DNA of 64,000 nt, taken from assembly GCF_006345805.1 (NCBI RefSeq), contig NC_042999.1, positions 142,290,001-142,354,000 on the forward strand. The letters run 5' to 3'. This document shows, piece by piece, positions 1-12,734 of this stretch (position 1 is the first letter of the stretch; the number at the start of each line of letters is the position of its first letter). The position numbers and the translations under genes were made by a program. The stretch comes from Octopus sinensis (taxonomy: Eukaryota). The notes beneath the pieces were generated by a model, which had not been told where the DNA came from, did not search any database, and saw only the letters and a program-made list of their open reading frames with translations.

Positions 1-1119
1 CATTTAGTGCTCTTAATGTTTAAAAATTACCCTATGGAATTAAAACTTCATTTTGTTTGTATGGATTCATTTTACAAATTCTAAACTATTATCTAAAGCT
101 GATATCTCTTGGTTCCATTAGCTTCTGATTCTCTTCATCCCATTTCTAGTAACACTTATGAAGACTTAGTTCCTCTTTCATACTTTCCACTTCAAGTTTG
201 CTGCTTAGTTTTTTTTTTTTTTTTTTTTTTTTGTTTTTTTAAATATGTTTCAATATTCCATTATCATGCATCATTCTTGGTTGAGGTCCTGCTACAATGG
301 CCTTTTGACAAATTTTCAGTTGTCCTCCACAATATGGTAAAGTTTTACTAATTAAAAGTGAGGATTTCATACCAACTCTCTCTCTCTCTAATGGTAATTT
401 TAATTCTACTCTTCTAGTTCTCAGTATACACTACCCACTAATTTGTTAAATAATTCTATGAAACTTAGAAAAATTCATTTAATTAGTCTCATAAACTTTC
501 TGTTAAGGAATATACAATTTAACTGCTTCATTTAACTGCCATTTACTTTTAAAGATATGAATATGCTGAAATAACATATCAAAGTAAATTTAAGTATTTA
601 GAATTTGAATAGTTATTTATTTTTTAATCCTTTTAAAAAAATTTGTTTTTTTTATACTTTCTCAATCACTTTATAAACATTGCCAAGAGGTGGTTCATAA
701 AAGAAGACTAAGTTTATACAATATAGTAGTATCTGTTAAAACTTGGTTTAGCCTCAGGCCAGCCTGAAAAGTATTCCAGCTATGATCATACTGTTGTATA
801 GTGTGTCCCTGCTTCTTGATGTATATTTAGTTGCTTTTAACATGGTAAAGTAGAGGTCCCCTCAACTTATATTGGTTAGGTTTTAGATTCTGGATGGTTT
901 AAAACAAAAAAGACCAGTGGTTTCTTCATTTACTGTCTTGAAGAGTATTCCCTAATCTTAAATTGAGATTTCTTTCAAGATAAGTTTCTGTGACCTCCCA
1001 TTCATATGAATAATCATATCTTTCGAACCAATTAACTTAAAACTTAAGTAAAACAGAATTCTTTTTAATTGCATATTTTTATGTCCATGTTTTATATTTA
1101 ATCAATCCTCTCTTTCAAG

Positions 1120-1553
1120 GCTATCCATCAAATGGAGAAGAAACTGAAGTTTGCAAAGAAAGACAACATGGGTTACTTGACATTCTGCCCAAGCAACTTG
1201 GGTACCACCATGAGAGCTAGTGTGCATATTAAGATCCCTAAGCTTTCTCAGAGACCAGACTTCAAAAGTATCTGCGACAAATACAACCTCCAGGCCAGAG
1301 GTAAAAGATTTTTCCTTCTTACATTTTTTGAAATTTATTGAGATAGAAAAATTTTTAGAACCTTTTAATTTTAAATATTTAATATTTATTAATTTTTATT
1401 TCAATTTTAGGTATCCATGGTGAACATACAGAAAGTGTTGGCGGTGTCTATGATATCTCTAATAAACGCCGTATGGGTCTCACAGAGTATGAGGCTGTCA
1501 CTGAAATGATGAGGGGTGTCAATGAGATCATTCGTGAGGAAACCAGCAGTTAA
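1120..1553 (+). CDS. AK: Arginine kinase (phosphagen kinase), last two coding exons: 1120-1300 and 1411-1553; the 5' part lies upstream of the window
   Basis: AG at 1118-1119, GT at 1301, AG at 1409-1410, TAA at 1551-1553. The spliced translation is [38 protein letters not shown]...NLQARG|[46 protein letters not shown], with the phosphagen-kinase signature CPSNLGT and the [15 protein letters not shown] motifs. Confidence 0.97.
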
Positions 1554-1570
1554 ATTTTTTTCAATTGTAA

Positions 1571-1576
1571 AATAAA
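1571..1576 (+). terminator. Candidate polyadenylation signal of arginine kinase (second AATAAA at 1687-1692)
   Basis: AATAAA 17 nt after the stop codon. Which site is used cannot be determined from sequence. Confidence 0.45.
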
Positions 1577-2460
1577 AATGTATCCGGGATTAGATAACAA
1601 GATAAGTCTACTATGTTAGAAGTTCTGTTTGAAAAATCTCAGATACCAACTTTTAGACTGTAAAAGGCTTTTGCCATGCAGGTGAAAATAAAAACCTTAA
1701 ACCTTTTTGTGTTTTAGTGATGTTAATGATTTTACAAATGAACAAACTACATCTTTGGTTAAAGACAGGAACAGTTTTCATAATACTTCGTTTTTCTTAT
1801 TAGATCTATTTAGATGGGTGTTTACTATAACGGAAAATTTCCATCGTATCTGAATTGAAAAAGTACCAAATTGCCTAAGAGGAATTTTTTTAAAGTTAGT
1901 TGCTCACATGGAATGAGACCATCTAAGATAAAGAAACTACACATTTGACTTGGGATTGGATTTTATCCACTTTTTTTGCTTAAAAATCTCAACAACTCCA
2001 GTCTTTTGAGATATTTAACTGCTACTATCTGTTCTGTAGTTAGTTTCAAAATACACCAAAAAATTTAACTTAAATTCTAAAGTTGTCCAGTTGCAAAATT
2101 TGACAATGTTTCACTTCTAGTCACTTAAATCAACCAAATCAACTTCGCTTTTTTTTCTTTTTCTCAAAAACTCTGTACAAGGGAGATAATTTCATTGCTG
2201 GAGACTTGCATAAAAATATTGAAGCATTTGCTAGTCCTCAATCAAACTGTCCAACCAATGCCAGCCCAGCATGGAAAGCAGACGTTAAATGATAGTGTAC
2301 ATGAGATCCAGATGTGACCAAATAGTTCATTATTTCTTTTGCAGTGTATGTGCCTTTTATTCACTTGTTATAAGTATATATTGGAATGGAAGGTTTATGA
2401 TACCTGTATAGTAATTCCTTCTCCCATTATAAATATTTTTGTAGTTTCAAGGAGCTGGAA

Positions 2461-3290
2461 TGGGTCGCCAATTTGTAACATCTGTGCGAAACAAGGAGAG
2501 AATTGCTCCTTAGTACATCACATGGTCGATATAATAAATATAAATAGAATAATGCATATATGTGCCAGAGGAGAAAAGAAACACAAACGGGTAGAATGTT
2601 TGAGAAGATTTATTGATATGTTAACATGTGTGATTGTGTGTCATATATACAGAATAAGACAAGCTGTCATAAGAATAAGATGTATACATGTGCACGTAGG
2701 CATAGCTGTATGCGTGTTAAAAACATATAAGGATGATGATGAAGAGACAGTGAAAGTCTATAGCCATCGAAGTAAGGAGTAAGTTCAGACACAAAAATGA
2801 TAAATACCAGTTTGTTGTCAATTGTACTTGATAGTTGAAATACTGTATCAAGAAGTTGCAACGATGATGCAGTCAGATACGGCATGTGAAGTTGACTGTG
2901 ATGCTGCTGCCTGGGTCACTTGGTACAGTTCTCGCAGGTTGTATATTTGCTGTTGATCTATGGTGAAGTAATTCGTGAACAGTGCAGTGTTGTAACCAGG
3001 ATGAGTTGTGTATGTAGAGAAATGTTGATGTTAGGACATTGGTGGAGATGGAGGTTATTGAATACTGTTGGACAAAGTTGGTGATTCTCCACGTGGCTGC
3101 TGTTGTGTTGCTGGAACTGGCTGTGTCCTGTGTGGTCAGTGGCTAGACCTTACTAGGTGTGGAACCAAAAGGCATCAAGATGAGAAGCTGGGTTTTTATA
3201 AGAAGTTATAGGCTCAAAACTGAGTTGAGAACAGGCTGTCACACGTGACCCTATTTTGGGGCTTCAATTGGTTATACATTTCGTATTGGT
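2461..3290 (-). mobile_element. Degenerate LTR-retrotransposon remnant (LTR end, PBS-like motif, possible gag-like stretch)
   Basis: The minus strand reads TGTTACA-AAT-TGGCGACCCA at 2480-2461, i.e. an LTR 3' end followed by a Gypsy-type PBS. A GC-richer, stop-interrupted reading frame starts at about 3181 on the minus strand. No pol motifs were seen. Confidence 0.35.
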
Positions 3291-3745
3291 GCAATAGAGT
3301 AAGAGACAAATTGCGCCAATACCAACCAATCATAGTGGACACAATGGGGTCCAAAATGTGGCCAAAGGCTAGCTGTTATCTATTACGCTCGTATATATAT
3401 ATATAATAGAGGAATTTCACTTGAGTGTACGCTACAAGTATTATAGTATAAATACCTCAATTTAAAAAAAAAACTCATTTATGTAAAGCTTGAAGTTCAT
3501 CAGTATGCATTTGCAAAATTTCAGGCTTGTGAAGTTATCACACTGTAACTGACATCTCTCATTTTTAGCTAAGTGGATTGTGACAATGGGAAATGTCTGT
3601 CCATGTATCCATTGTGCCACCTGGTGTAGGAATCAAACTGTATAATTGAGAATTCAAAACAATTTAACCATTCAACCCACATGCTTTTACTGACCAGTCT
3701 TAGGACCTATCATTTGTAGAGTAAATATGCCAACTTAGTGACATA

Positions 3746-4030
3746 AGATGTACCCAGTGTAAGCTATGGACGCATAAGAGGTGCAGCAACATCAAAGGAA
3801 AATTAACCAAGAAGATAGCTTTCATGTGTGGCAGATGCTCACGGACAATAGACACCACAGATACTCAGAAAACAGATTCCATCACACTCCAGGGGAAGAA
3901 ACTAGAAGTAGTTGATAGTTTCCGCTACCTAGGTGACCAAGTTAGTAATGGAGGTGGATGCTCAGTGTCACCACTAGAATATGAATAGCCTGGGCAAAGT
4001 TTAGAAAGTTTCTACCCCTATTGGTGCCAA
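3746..4030 (+). mobile_element. RTE-clade LINE fragment (RT C-terminal region with a PHD-like zinc finger)
   Basis: Translates RCTQCKLWTHKRCSNIKGKLTKKIAFMCGRC...KKLEVVDSFRYLGDQVSNGGGCS..TTRI*IAWAKFRKFLPLL. It overlaps in sequence with the RTE ORF at 36807-37142. Confidence 0.85.
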
Positions 4031-7000
4031 AAAAATGCGATATTAGATATTGAATAATAGCAAAAACCACAAAGGGGTTGGTACACCTTCACAATTTGGC
4101 TCATTGGTCTTAGATATATTTTTCTTTGTGAAACAAATTGATTTTGTCATACAAAAATAAGTCATTATAGTGATTTGTAAGCTTGTACCAAATCATGATT
4201 GTGAATGGTATGATTTATCATTCAACCAATCGGTGAACATTGTACTGCAAATTTGTAGTGTCCATTCCTCTAGGTTTTCTATATTACAACCAAAATAGTA
4301 TTAGAAAACCAGTTTCAGCCTAGATATCATCACTGTTTCTTTGTTGTTGCGTAGATATGTATATTGTTCAGACATAGCAGAAACTGTCCACAAGCACATC
4401 TATTTGATACCTTCTAGAAGACCATACAAGATCTGAAAAATGAGGATATGTTTATTTTGTCATGTGCAAAGATGCAACATTATGTGTTCTTGATGTATAT
4501 ACAAAACAACTAGTCTGTTTTCACTAAATTGGGACATGATAGAAACATTTTAAATATAGATTCAAAATCCTGCAACCAGAAATGCCCAGAAATATTCTCT
4601 TGTAACAAATCCTTGTTGCTTAGTGCAGTGTTTCTCCTAGAGGGTGCATTTTGAGGATTGAAAGAAAAATGTGAAGTATTGTAAAATTAAGACTGAAAAA
4701 TTTTTTAATTATTATCCAACATCATGGCAAAAAAAAAAAGCAATTGCATGGATAGAAAATCTATTTTGTCTTTACATTAATAAAGTGTGGGGGGCAAAAA
4801 ATTTCATCAATATATTTATGAGAAACAGAGTACCTAGCTTAATTACCACTGGCCTGCTGTCATCAACACATTTTCACTATTTTGTATGTAACTCCAGAAA
4901 GATTGTATAACCTCCTGGGATTGTGATTCAAGTGACTTATCAAACAAAAAGTGCCTTTTGAGTTAGATTTTAGCATACAAGACCTGACAAACACTTCAGT
5001 ATCTCCATCAAGATTAAGCCACCAAACACAACTCCCTGCTTTCTTCAATCTTTGTTGTTCACCCATGGTAGATAATGAATTATATAAAGAACTTTTGTAC
5101 AATAAGATTTGGGAATAAATAGCCTTAAAAGTAAGAATATTCTCTGCAATTTGGAAAAATGTATGGCAAATAGTTGTGTTCTAAAGGAGTTGGTTTAGAC
5201 CAGTTTTTTTTTTTTTAGGAGTACAATACTTTGAGCAAACATAAAAGTATGTGTCAAAATTATTAGCCATGTCTTAGAGTAACAGCTAAAACTTATTCAT
5301 TTATACTTTTGTCAGAATGTTACACATTTATAAAAAAATACTGTATCAAATTGATATGAATCATACTTTAGTCTATTAAGAGTATCAACATGACTGATAG
5401 TTTTACCAGACATGAAAATTATTTAAATCTCTGTAATAATATGAGTATCTACTTGGAAATCCACTGAAAAATTTACCTGAAACCATCAAGATTCTTTAAA
5501 AGTATAATTGCAATGTGTGAAATATTTTAACAAAAAATGTGTCAGTATACTACTATGTAGGCTTCATATTCAATCTTATTCTAATTTCTTTGAATATACA
5601 ATCAAGTGTATGAGAAACATTCTATGAACTTACCATTTTGAGACCTTATACTTGCCACCGAAAATTCAGAAATAGTAAAAAAAAATTGTTTCAGACTTTA
5701 TAAGATTGTATCAAATATAGGTAAGAAATTTAGTCTCTATAAATGTCAGATTTTAAATAATTCCTGAAGTAAAAACATATCTTTTTTATTACAAGACATA
5801 CCATCTCAAATGCTCTAATTGAAATAATACAGATTTTTTAAAATGAAGCATAAACAACCAGACAGAGACAGTGATTGGGAATTAGAAATTCTCGTCTCGA
5901 GGGGGTCTAAATCAATTAAATGGAGTTCATTTAACCAGTGAAACTACATCCAGACTGTTAAACTACATACATTCTCAATCACTTTTCAACAAATCCAGTA
6001 TTAAACTGGGAAGAGAGATGTAAACAGATAACTACCCAGAAGTTAATTTCTTTGGGTTCTCAAAAATATTTGGAAGAAGTTAATATTTGCTTTCTAAAAG
6101 AAGCCTGCAAGTTCAGGAAAGAGATCTCTTATTCTTTTAAAGACTGATAGGTTATTGGTGTGAACAATACTATTATGATTGTGTTTTCTTTCTTGCTAAT
6201 GCAATGTGTTTCTGTTTAATTTTTCTAGCAACTCTAACTTCTCATGGCTTTTTTTAATAAAGGCAAGGATAGACAGTCATTTTGCTTTGGATGAAGCAGT
6301 ATTTCTTATTTAGGAGACTGTCACTGTTTTTTAGTCATCTCTTTCCTCTCACTTTACATCTTATCGCATTCATTGCATGGAATTTGACATACTTCAAGAT
6401 AGAAAGGAAGTCTTCATAACCTTCGCAACTTCTGCTGTTGCAGAAAGCAGTTCTTGATAACTATGGTTAGTAAAAGCTGAGGACATTTCCTCTGTGAATT
6501 GTTATAAAGGTGAGAGAGATATATATAAAAGGAAAAAGCATGAGATATAAAGAGAGAGAGGCGAAGTGAGGGAGAAAGCTTTCATATAAATAATGGTTTC
6601 CTGGTTAGGTGCTTACTCACAAGTATATCTGTTGGTAGCTTTTCTTTCTGCTTTTTCCATGTATGCTATTTTTAGTTTTATAAGCATCGCAAAATGAGGG
6701 GAATTGATGAGGTTTGAGCATTGTGCCACCATAGTGATGTAAATGTCATGCTGGACTAGTCTTAGATTTAAAACCTGGTATGCAGAGAGAATGAAAGGGG
6801 ATAACGGTAAGAACTGGTGAGGGAAAGCAGAAAGAATCAGCACCTCAACAAAGATTAAAAAAGAAATGCAAGGAGTTCAAGGAAAGGGAGGGAACCCACT
6901 TAAGAAGATGAACTACTTGTTTATTTTCCCCACTTAACTTCTTTCCCCTTTCATTTACCTCCCACTCCAGAATTCTGACCCTCAAACTCTCTCACTTAGT

Positions 7001-9122
7001 TGGCCTTCCACCTTCACACAATCCTTCATTTCAATTCCTTCCCATTTACTTACCTTCAGCTAAATCTTCAAATCATACCCTGCCCACAAGATTTTGAGCA
7101 GAAAAGTTGCATTCATCAATGTAATGAGAAACTTCCAATGTAGATGTTAGAAATAAATAGGTAATCATTATTTTGCTGGATTTTGTCCATGTTATTATGA
7201 ATTAAAGAATCAGAACTGGATACATCATTCTTGTTGCTGCCAAAGTTACTGAATGCAGCCTGCAGAACAGCTTGAAGAGCACAGACGTAAGAATATATTC
7301 TTGCTTAGTACCATTTGAAACAGGAAAAATCTACAAACATCTCACCACTAGAATGAGCAGTAGCTACCATGATTTCATTGTAACCTCAGATGACTCTTAT
7401 CATTCTATTTGGCATGTAGATTAGAAGCTATTATTCGAATGGAAATTCTGGAAACAGAATCAAGAACAGATCTCTTCTGGAGACACATACACACACAAAT
7501 TCTCAAGCACTTGTGCCAATTAGGGAGAATATTAACCATGGTATTTACCAATGGGTTAGTCACTATGAAAAAAATATTAAATTACGGAAATTCAGTTCTA
7601 TATCTAAGTGGCAGGTATAGGTGTGTATGTGAATAGACAGCAGTAAGTTGTCTAATACATCAATGGAAGTGGACTTCTGTGTTTTTAGTTTCAGTGACAC
7701 TTGACACTAATATTTTGATTTGCCTACCCATGTCAGTGACCTAAATCCACACTAGATACCTAGGTGAACAGTATCATCAAGGTAAATATTAAATCAATCA
7801 AAGGCAACATAAGCACAGATCTGTGAAGAGAAATACTGCTATAGGTGTCTGTCTCTCGTTTTTTTTCATTTTTGTATATTGATAGAATTCTTGAACAGCT
7901 GGAAAAAGATGCATGGAGCCATATTAAGTTGACGCATCTGGTTAGTTGGTTGTTGTATATTTTTACACCTCTCTCAGGAGGCTGTTTTTGCTAAGTTCCT
8001 TTGTTATCTGACTACTTCTTTGTGAGGAACTTGATTTCTGCTTTAGGGTGTATAGCATTTCTTTGAACACTAGTTTGTTGGAGAACTCTAGATGGCACTA
8101 GAGTTACTGTTTAGCCCAGCTTTTCAGAAACATTTTCAGTCATTCAGCATCTGGATTCAAAGAGAGATTTCAACATTCAACAGAAACTTCTGTTATGAGT
8201 AACAACAATTGCATTTTTTTAGTTTTTTTTCCTTCACCTCCAGGACTCATCATCATCAACATTTAACATCTGTTTTCCATGTTGGAATGAGTTGGACAGT
8301 TTGACAGGAGCTGGCCAGACTCCAATTGTCTGTTGTAGCATGGTTTCTATGGTTGGATGCTTTTCCCAATACCAATTTACAAATAAGCTTCTATAATCTG
8401 TGCTGATAAGATGTTGCTTATTAATGGGAAAATTCCTGAAAATATCCTTTCTTAGCACTATATATATCATTCAAAGCTTCAGTAAAACCTAACAACTTCA
8501 AAGAACCTGGAATTCAAACAGCTATTTCCAAAAGTAAGCTTTTCCAGTTTCCAGTAAAAGTAGATGGAACCAATGAGTAATATTTACTGCATTTTTGACT
8601 TTGAAGAAAATATATTTGTTTACAAATTTTCACTACCTTGTCAAAACTATATCAGCAAAGAAAAGACCTTCTCTAGATGGAGTAAAATCTATAACATATT
8701 CACAACACTATTTCAGAAATTTATCACTGTTCTCTTTGAACATATAAAAGACAAATTTAAGCGGGGCAAAATGGGTAAGACAAGACAAGGTAAGTATGCT
8801 TTTCCATTTCTCCAGAACTAAATTTGTAAAAAGAGTCATACACATAAACATCAGAAAGATCAGAAACGTAACAAAATTCTAAATGTCTTGGTCAAATGAA
8901 AGCTGATTATGGAAAAATAGTGCATAATATGAATTTAATGAAACTCAACTAAATCTAGAAACTCAAAATAAAATATTCTTTATTGCTTCTTCACCAAAAA
9001 TTATCCAGATATTTTATTAGCTACCTTAATTACAATCGGGTCAAATTTGAAGAAAAATTTCTTGAAAATAGCACCTGTCAATTATGTTTCAAATTCTCAG
9101 CTTCAGCAACAACTATGTAAAC

Positions 9123-10850
9123 CAGGGGTTCTCAACCATTTTTACTTGTGAACCCCTTCGATTCCTATTTCCCTCCTGTGGACCCACCAGCATCATACCC
9201 ATTTGATTTTTTAAAAAAATCATATTGTATTTTTTTAATTAGATATTATTAGGACTTGTATAAAAATTATTGAAATATTTTGCATACTGTAGACCTATAA
9301 CCAATTTCTTAACAACTAAATTCTATAAAAAATGAATGTTCACAAGTAAAATTAGTCATAAATATACAAGTATATATTTATTAAAATAAGATAGTACTTT
9401 AGTGTTAATTTCTTTAATGCAAGTCTGGCAGTTGGCTCTGCTCTGTTAGTTTTAAAATATTCTACTCCAGTGTTGTCAATGATAATCGAAGATCACCTTT
9501 TTCTATGCCGATTCGATTACGAGCTTTTGACAGTAAGTTAGTAACATAGCTGAAACTAGATTCAACAAGGTAAGATAAAGGAAATGCAGTAAAGTACAAC
9601 TGTGCTTCCCCACCAGAATAGTGGATACTTAGTAGCAGTGTCATTTCTTTTTCATACATTATGTTCTCCATATTTAAATCTTGCCTGAAATATTTTATCA
9701 CTCTGCAATTCAATGAGATTCTCCTGCAAACAGATAACTACATCAGCAACATTAATAAGAAATTTCACCCAATGTGGTATATTTAACTGCAGCAGGTTAT
9801 TAAACTGAGCTTGCATAGCATTATGCAAGTTTTTCAAATCTTCAGTATAGAAGGTCATCATCATGCAAATTACTGTTACTTGATTCCAAACTAGGAGACT
9901 GTAATAATACACAACATACATTTATTCTCTAGAGCTGTACTTACCCTTGAAATGTAGTAATAGCTCCTTTGGAGGATAAAAAATCAGGGTTTTCTCCTTG
10001 AAGCTGTTTGTTAATCAAATTAATTTTATCTAACATATCTGATAAATATATCACATTTAGCTGCAACCATTTGTTGGCTGAGACTGTTGTTAGCCAGGAA
10101 TAAGACAAAAGTGTACCAAAGTGCAAGAAAAATTGATACAGACAATTACATTTTGATAACCATCTTATCTCTGTGTGAATTACAAAGGGTTCAAATTCTT
10201 CATTTCTATTACAGAATTCATGAAATATTACAATATTAAAGGCATTGTGCAGATGTGCACTTAATTGTTTTGCTGGTGTTATCACACAGTGTATACAAAA
10301 TACAGAATTTATTAAATAGGTAACAAAACCTCTGTATCTGCCAATCATGGATGGAGCATAGTCATTAGCGCAAGCTATTATATTTCTGAGGGGAATATTA
10401 TGTTCCTCAAAATAATTTACATTTTTGAAAATTGTTTTTCCTTTAGTGTTTGTTTTAAGATGTCTGGCAAAAAGCACTTTCTCTTTGAATTCATTACCCT
10501 CCAAAAAACGATCATATGCTAATAAAATAGCTTTACCATCTCTCAGGGTAGATTCATCAGGTTGAAGAGGAAATTTCCGTACTTGTAAGTTGGCTACAAG
10601 TTGCTATTCCACATCTTAACCATTTCATCAATGCACCGTGACACTGATGAGTTACTTAAAAGAATCTTACAAGTAATTTCATTCACCTTGTTTCATAAAT
10701 GATGAAACTATGACAGATGCCACAGGCAAAATTACAGTTTATCGATATTATGGGGTTTCCCAACCTTTGCTATAATTTTAGAAATTTCATAAGATGTCAG
10801 TCAACCATTATTATTTTTACGCAATTGATTACTAAATAACTGATTCACTA
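9123..10850 (-). mobile_element. hAT (Buster/Charlie, ZBED5/SCAND3-like) DNA transposon remnant
   Basis: Charlie-type terminus CAGGGGTTCTCAACC at 9123. ORF 9941-10504 has the motifs IPLRNIIACANDYAPSMIG, CIHC and HTEIRWLSK. Further frameshifted pieces lie at 9462-9921. Confidence 0.85.
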
Positions 10851-11110
10851 TTTTTCTTGCTCGGAATTCATTGCACAGTTTTCTAAAACATTCTACTGGA
10901 TAGTTTTACTTGTCTTTGAGCTCGGTCTCTGAATGGATTTAAAGCTTAGCCGGCTTCTTGCTATCATTTGACATACATGAGACACAATGGTTTCACTGCA
11001 TTCTATGGTGATAGAATGCAACCATAAGACAGATATTCAATGGAATACGGTCAGCATTTCTTCTTAGTCGGAGGGTAAAATTTTGATTTAAGCACCCCAT
11101 ATAACCCCTT

Positions 11111-11813
11111 GTAATTTTTCTATGTTTTTGAATTTTCAGAAAATTTCTGTGAATTTGTCTTCTACACATGAGAATTCAAAAGATTATGCAAATAAAATTT
11201 TTGTGTGTGATTTAGGCAATTTAGCCGTTGTTTTTAACACATCGCACAACCACCTGATACCTTCCTCATTTCTTTGTCACTATGACATATTGATATTGTT
11301 CAAAAGTGGTCCATTGCTGGAATTTAAGTAAAAAAAGTTCTGAATGTCTATTTTAAACTCTGATTTTTAAAAAAAATTTAAAAGAAGTATGAAATTTTAG
11401 TATTTATGGGGTTTTAAAAAAATGAAAAAACCTTTTTCTTTTTTTGCAATAAACGTATGAATTTCAAAAAATAAAAGCCATGACCACCTGCTACCTTCAT
11501 TTCTACTCTTTGTTGTATTTTTCTTTTTTTTAATTGGAGTTTAAAATATGGATAGTCCGAATTTTAGGCTCAAATCCCATCAGTGGATGCATGAGCAATC
11601 CACTAAATGTATTTATTGAGAGAAAAATATTGAAAAATATTAATATATGCTAGTAACAAAGAAATGAAGAAGGTATCAGGTGGTCGTGGGATGTACTAAA
11701 AATAACAGCTAAATCGCCCTTAAATCACACAATTTTTTTCATAATCATTTGTATTCTCATGTGTGGAGCACAAATTCATAAAAGTTTTCTGAAAATTCCA
11801 AAACAAAAGTTAT
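11111..11813. mobile_element. Fold-back/MITE-like element with about 190-bp imperfect inverted arms
   Basis: 11111-11302 aligns by eye to the reverse complement of 11631-11813 (for example GAATTTTCAGAAAA, ACACATGAGAAT and ACCACCTGATACCTTC). The spacer is about 330 bp. Confidence 0.75.
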
Positions 11814-12029
11814 ATGCAATACTATATTTATCAGTAATAGATTAAAATAATTGTAAATTTCTTTTCTTAGAATATGTGTTAAAATACCAGTTACATAAGA
11901 TATGAAAAACTTCTTACCTTTATCCTAAAGAACTTGGAGATCAGTCTTGCGAAAATATGTTGAAATCAACTTGTTGCTAAGAACTGAGATATTTCTTGTG
12001 AGAATTCTCTGTCTCTCTCTCTTCTATAT

Positions 12030-12189
12030 ATCTACACACACACATATATATATATATTTATATATATATATGTATATATTCATACACACACTCGTATGTG
12101 CATAGTTAGCTAGACAGATGGACAAATAGATGTATACAAACATGCATACACAATTATATATGTATATATACATACACACGTGTGTATAT

Positions 12190-12228
<39 letters not shown>

Positions 12229-12235
12229 AATAAGA
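12030..12235. repeat. Compound (TA)n/(CA)n microsatellite
   Basis: Directly visible dinucleotide runs. Confidence 0.9.
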
Positions 12236-12528
12236 ATGATTGTAGTACTATCATCTCCAATAAACATTTTCTGGTGAGCAGTGAATGAGGAAGAGGGGTC
12301 TTTGAGACCAATGCCAAATAATGTGTAATTAAGACCACAACCAATTGCTGTCTCCAGTCAATGTGTCTAGAGCACTTTTGAAAGAACTGTAATGTGTGCA
12401 TGTATATATTTTTTTCAAGCTGTGTTCAGCCTTTTGACTTTTGTTTCTATTTTTGATTTGCTCATATACATACATACATACTGTGACTACTTTGAGTACC
12501 ACTGACCTGCTGTGCCTACCGTTGTGTG

Positions 12529-12692
12529 GAGGTACAAGCATGGCTGTGTGGTACGAAGCTTGCTTCCAAACTATATGGTTCCAGGTTCAGTTCTGCTGTG
12601 TGGCATCTTGGGCAAGTGTCTTCTACTATAGCCCAAGGCTGATAAAAGCCTAGTGAGTAGATTTGGTAGACAGAAACTGAAAGAAGCCTGTC

Positions 12693-12734
<42 letters not shown>

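Noticed and set aside
2339-2782. 147-aa ORF on the + strand
   Set aside because: Non-ATG start, no recognisable domain, low-complexity composition, and it overlaps a putative LTR remnant on the other strand.
4000-7500. Possible additional gene between AK and GDAP2
   Set aside because: Only short ORFs without consistent splice phases or motifs; it looks like heavily decayed repeats.
7850-8200. Possible Penelope GIY-YIG C-terminal remnant (LVFKEML on the minus strand)
   Set aside because: One short motif amid stops; too weak to call.
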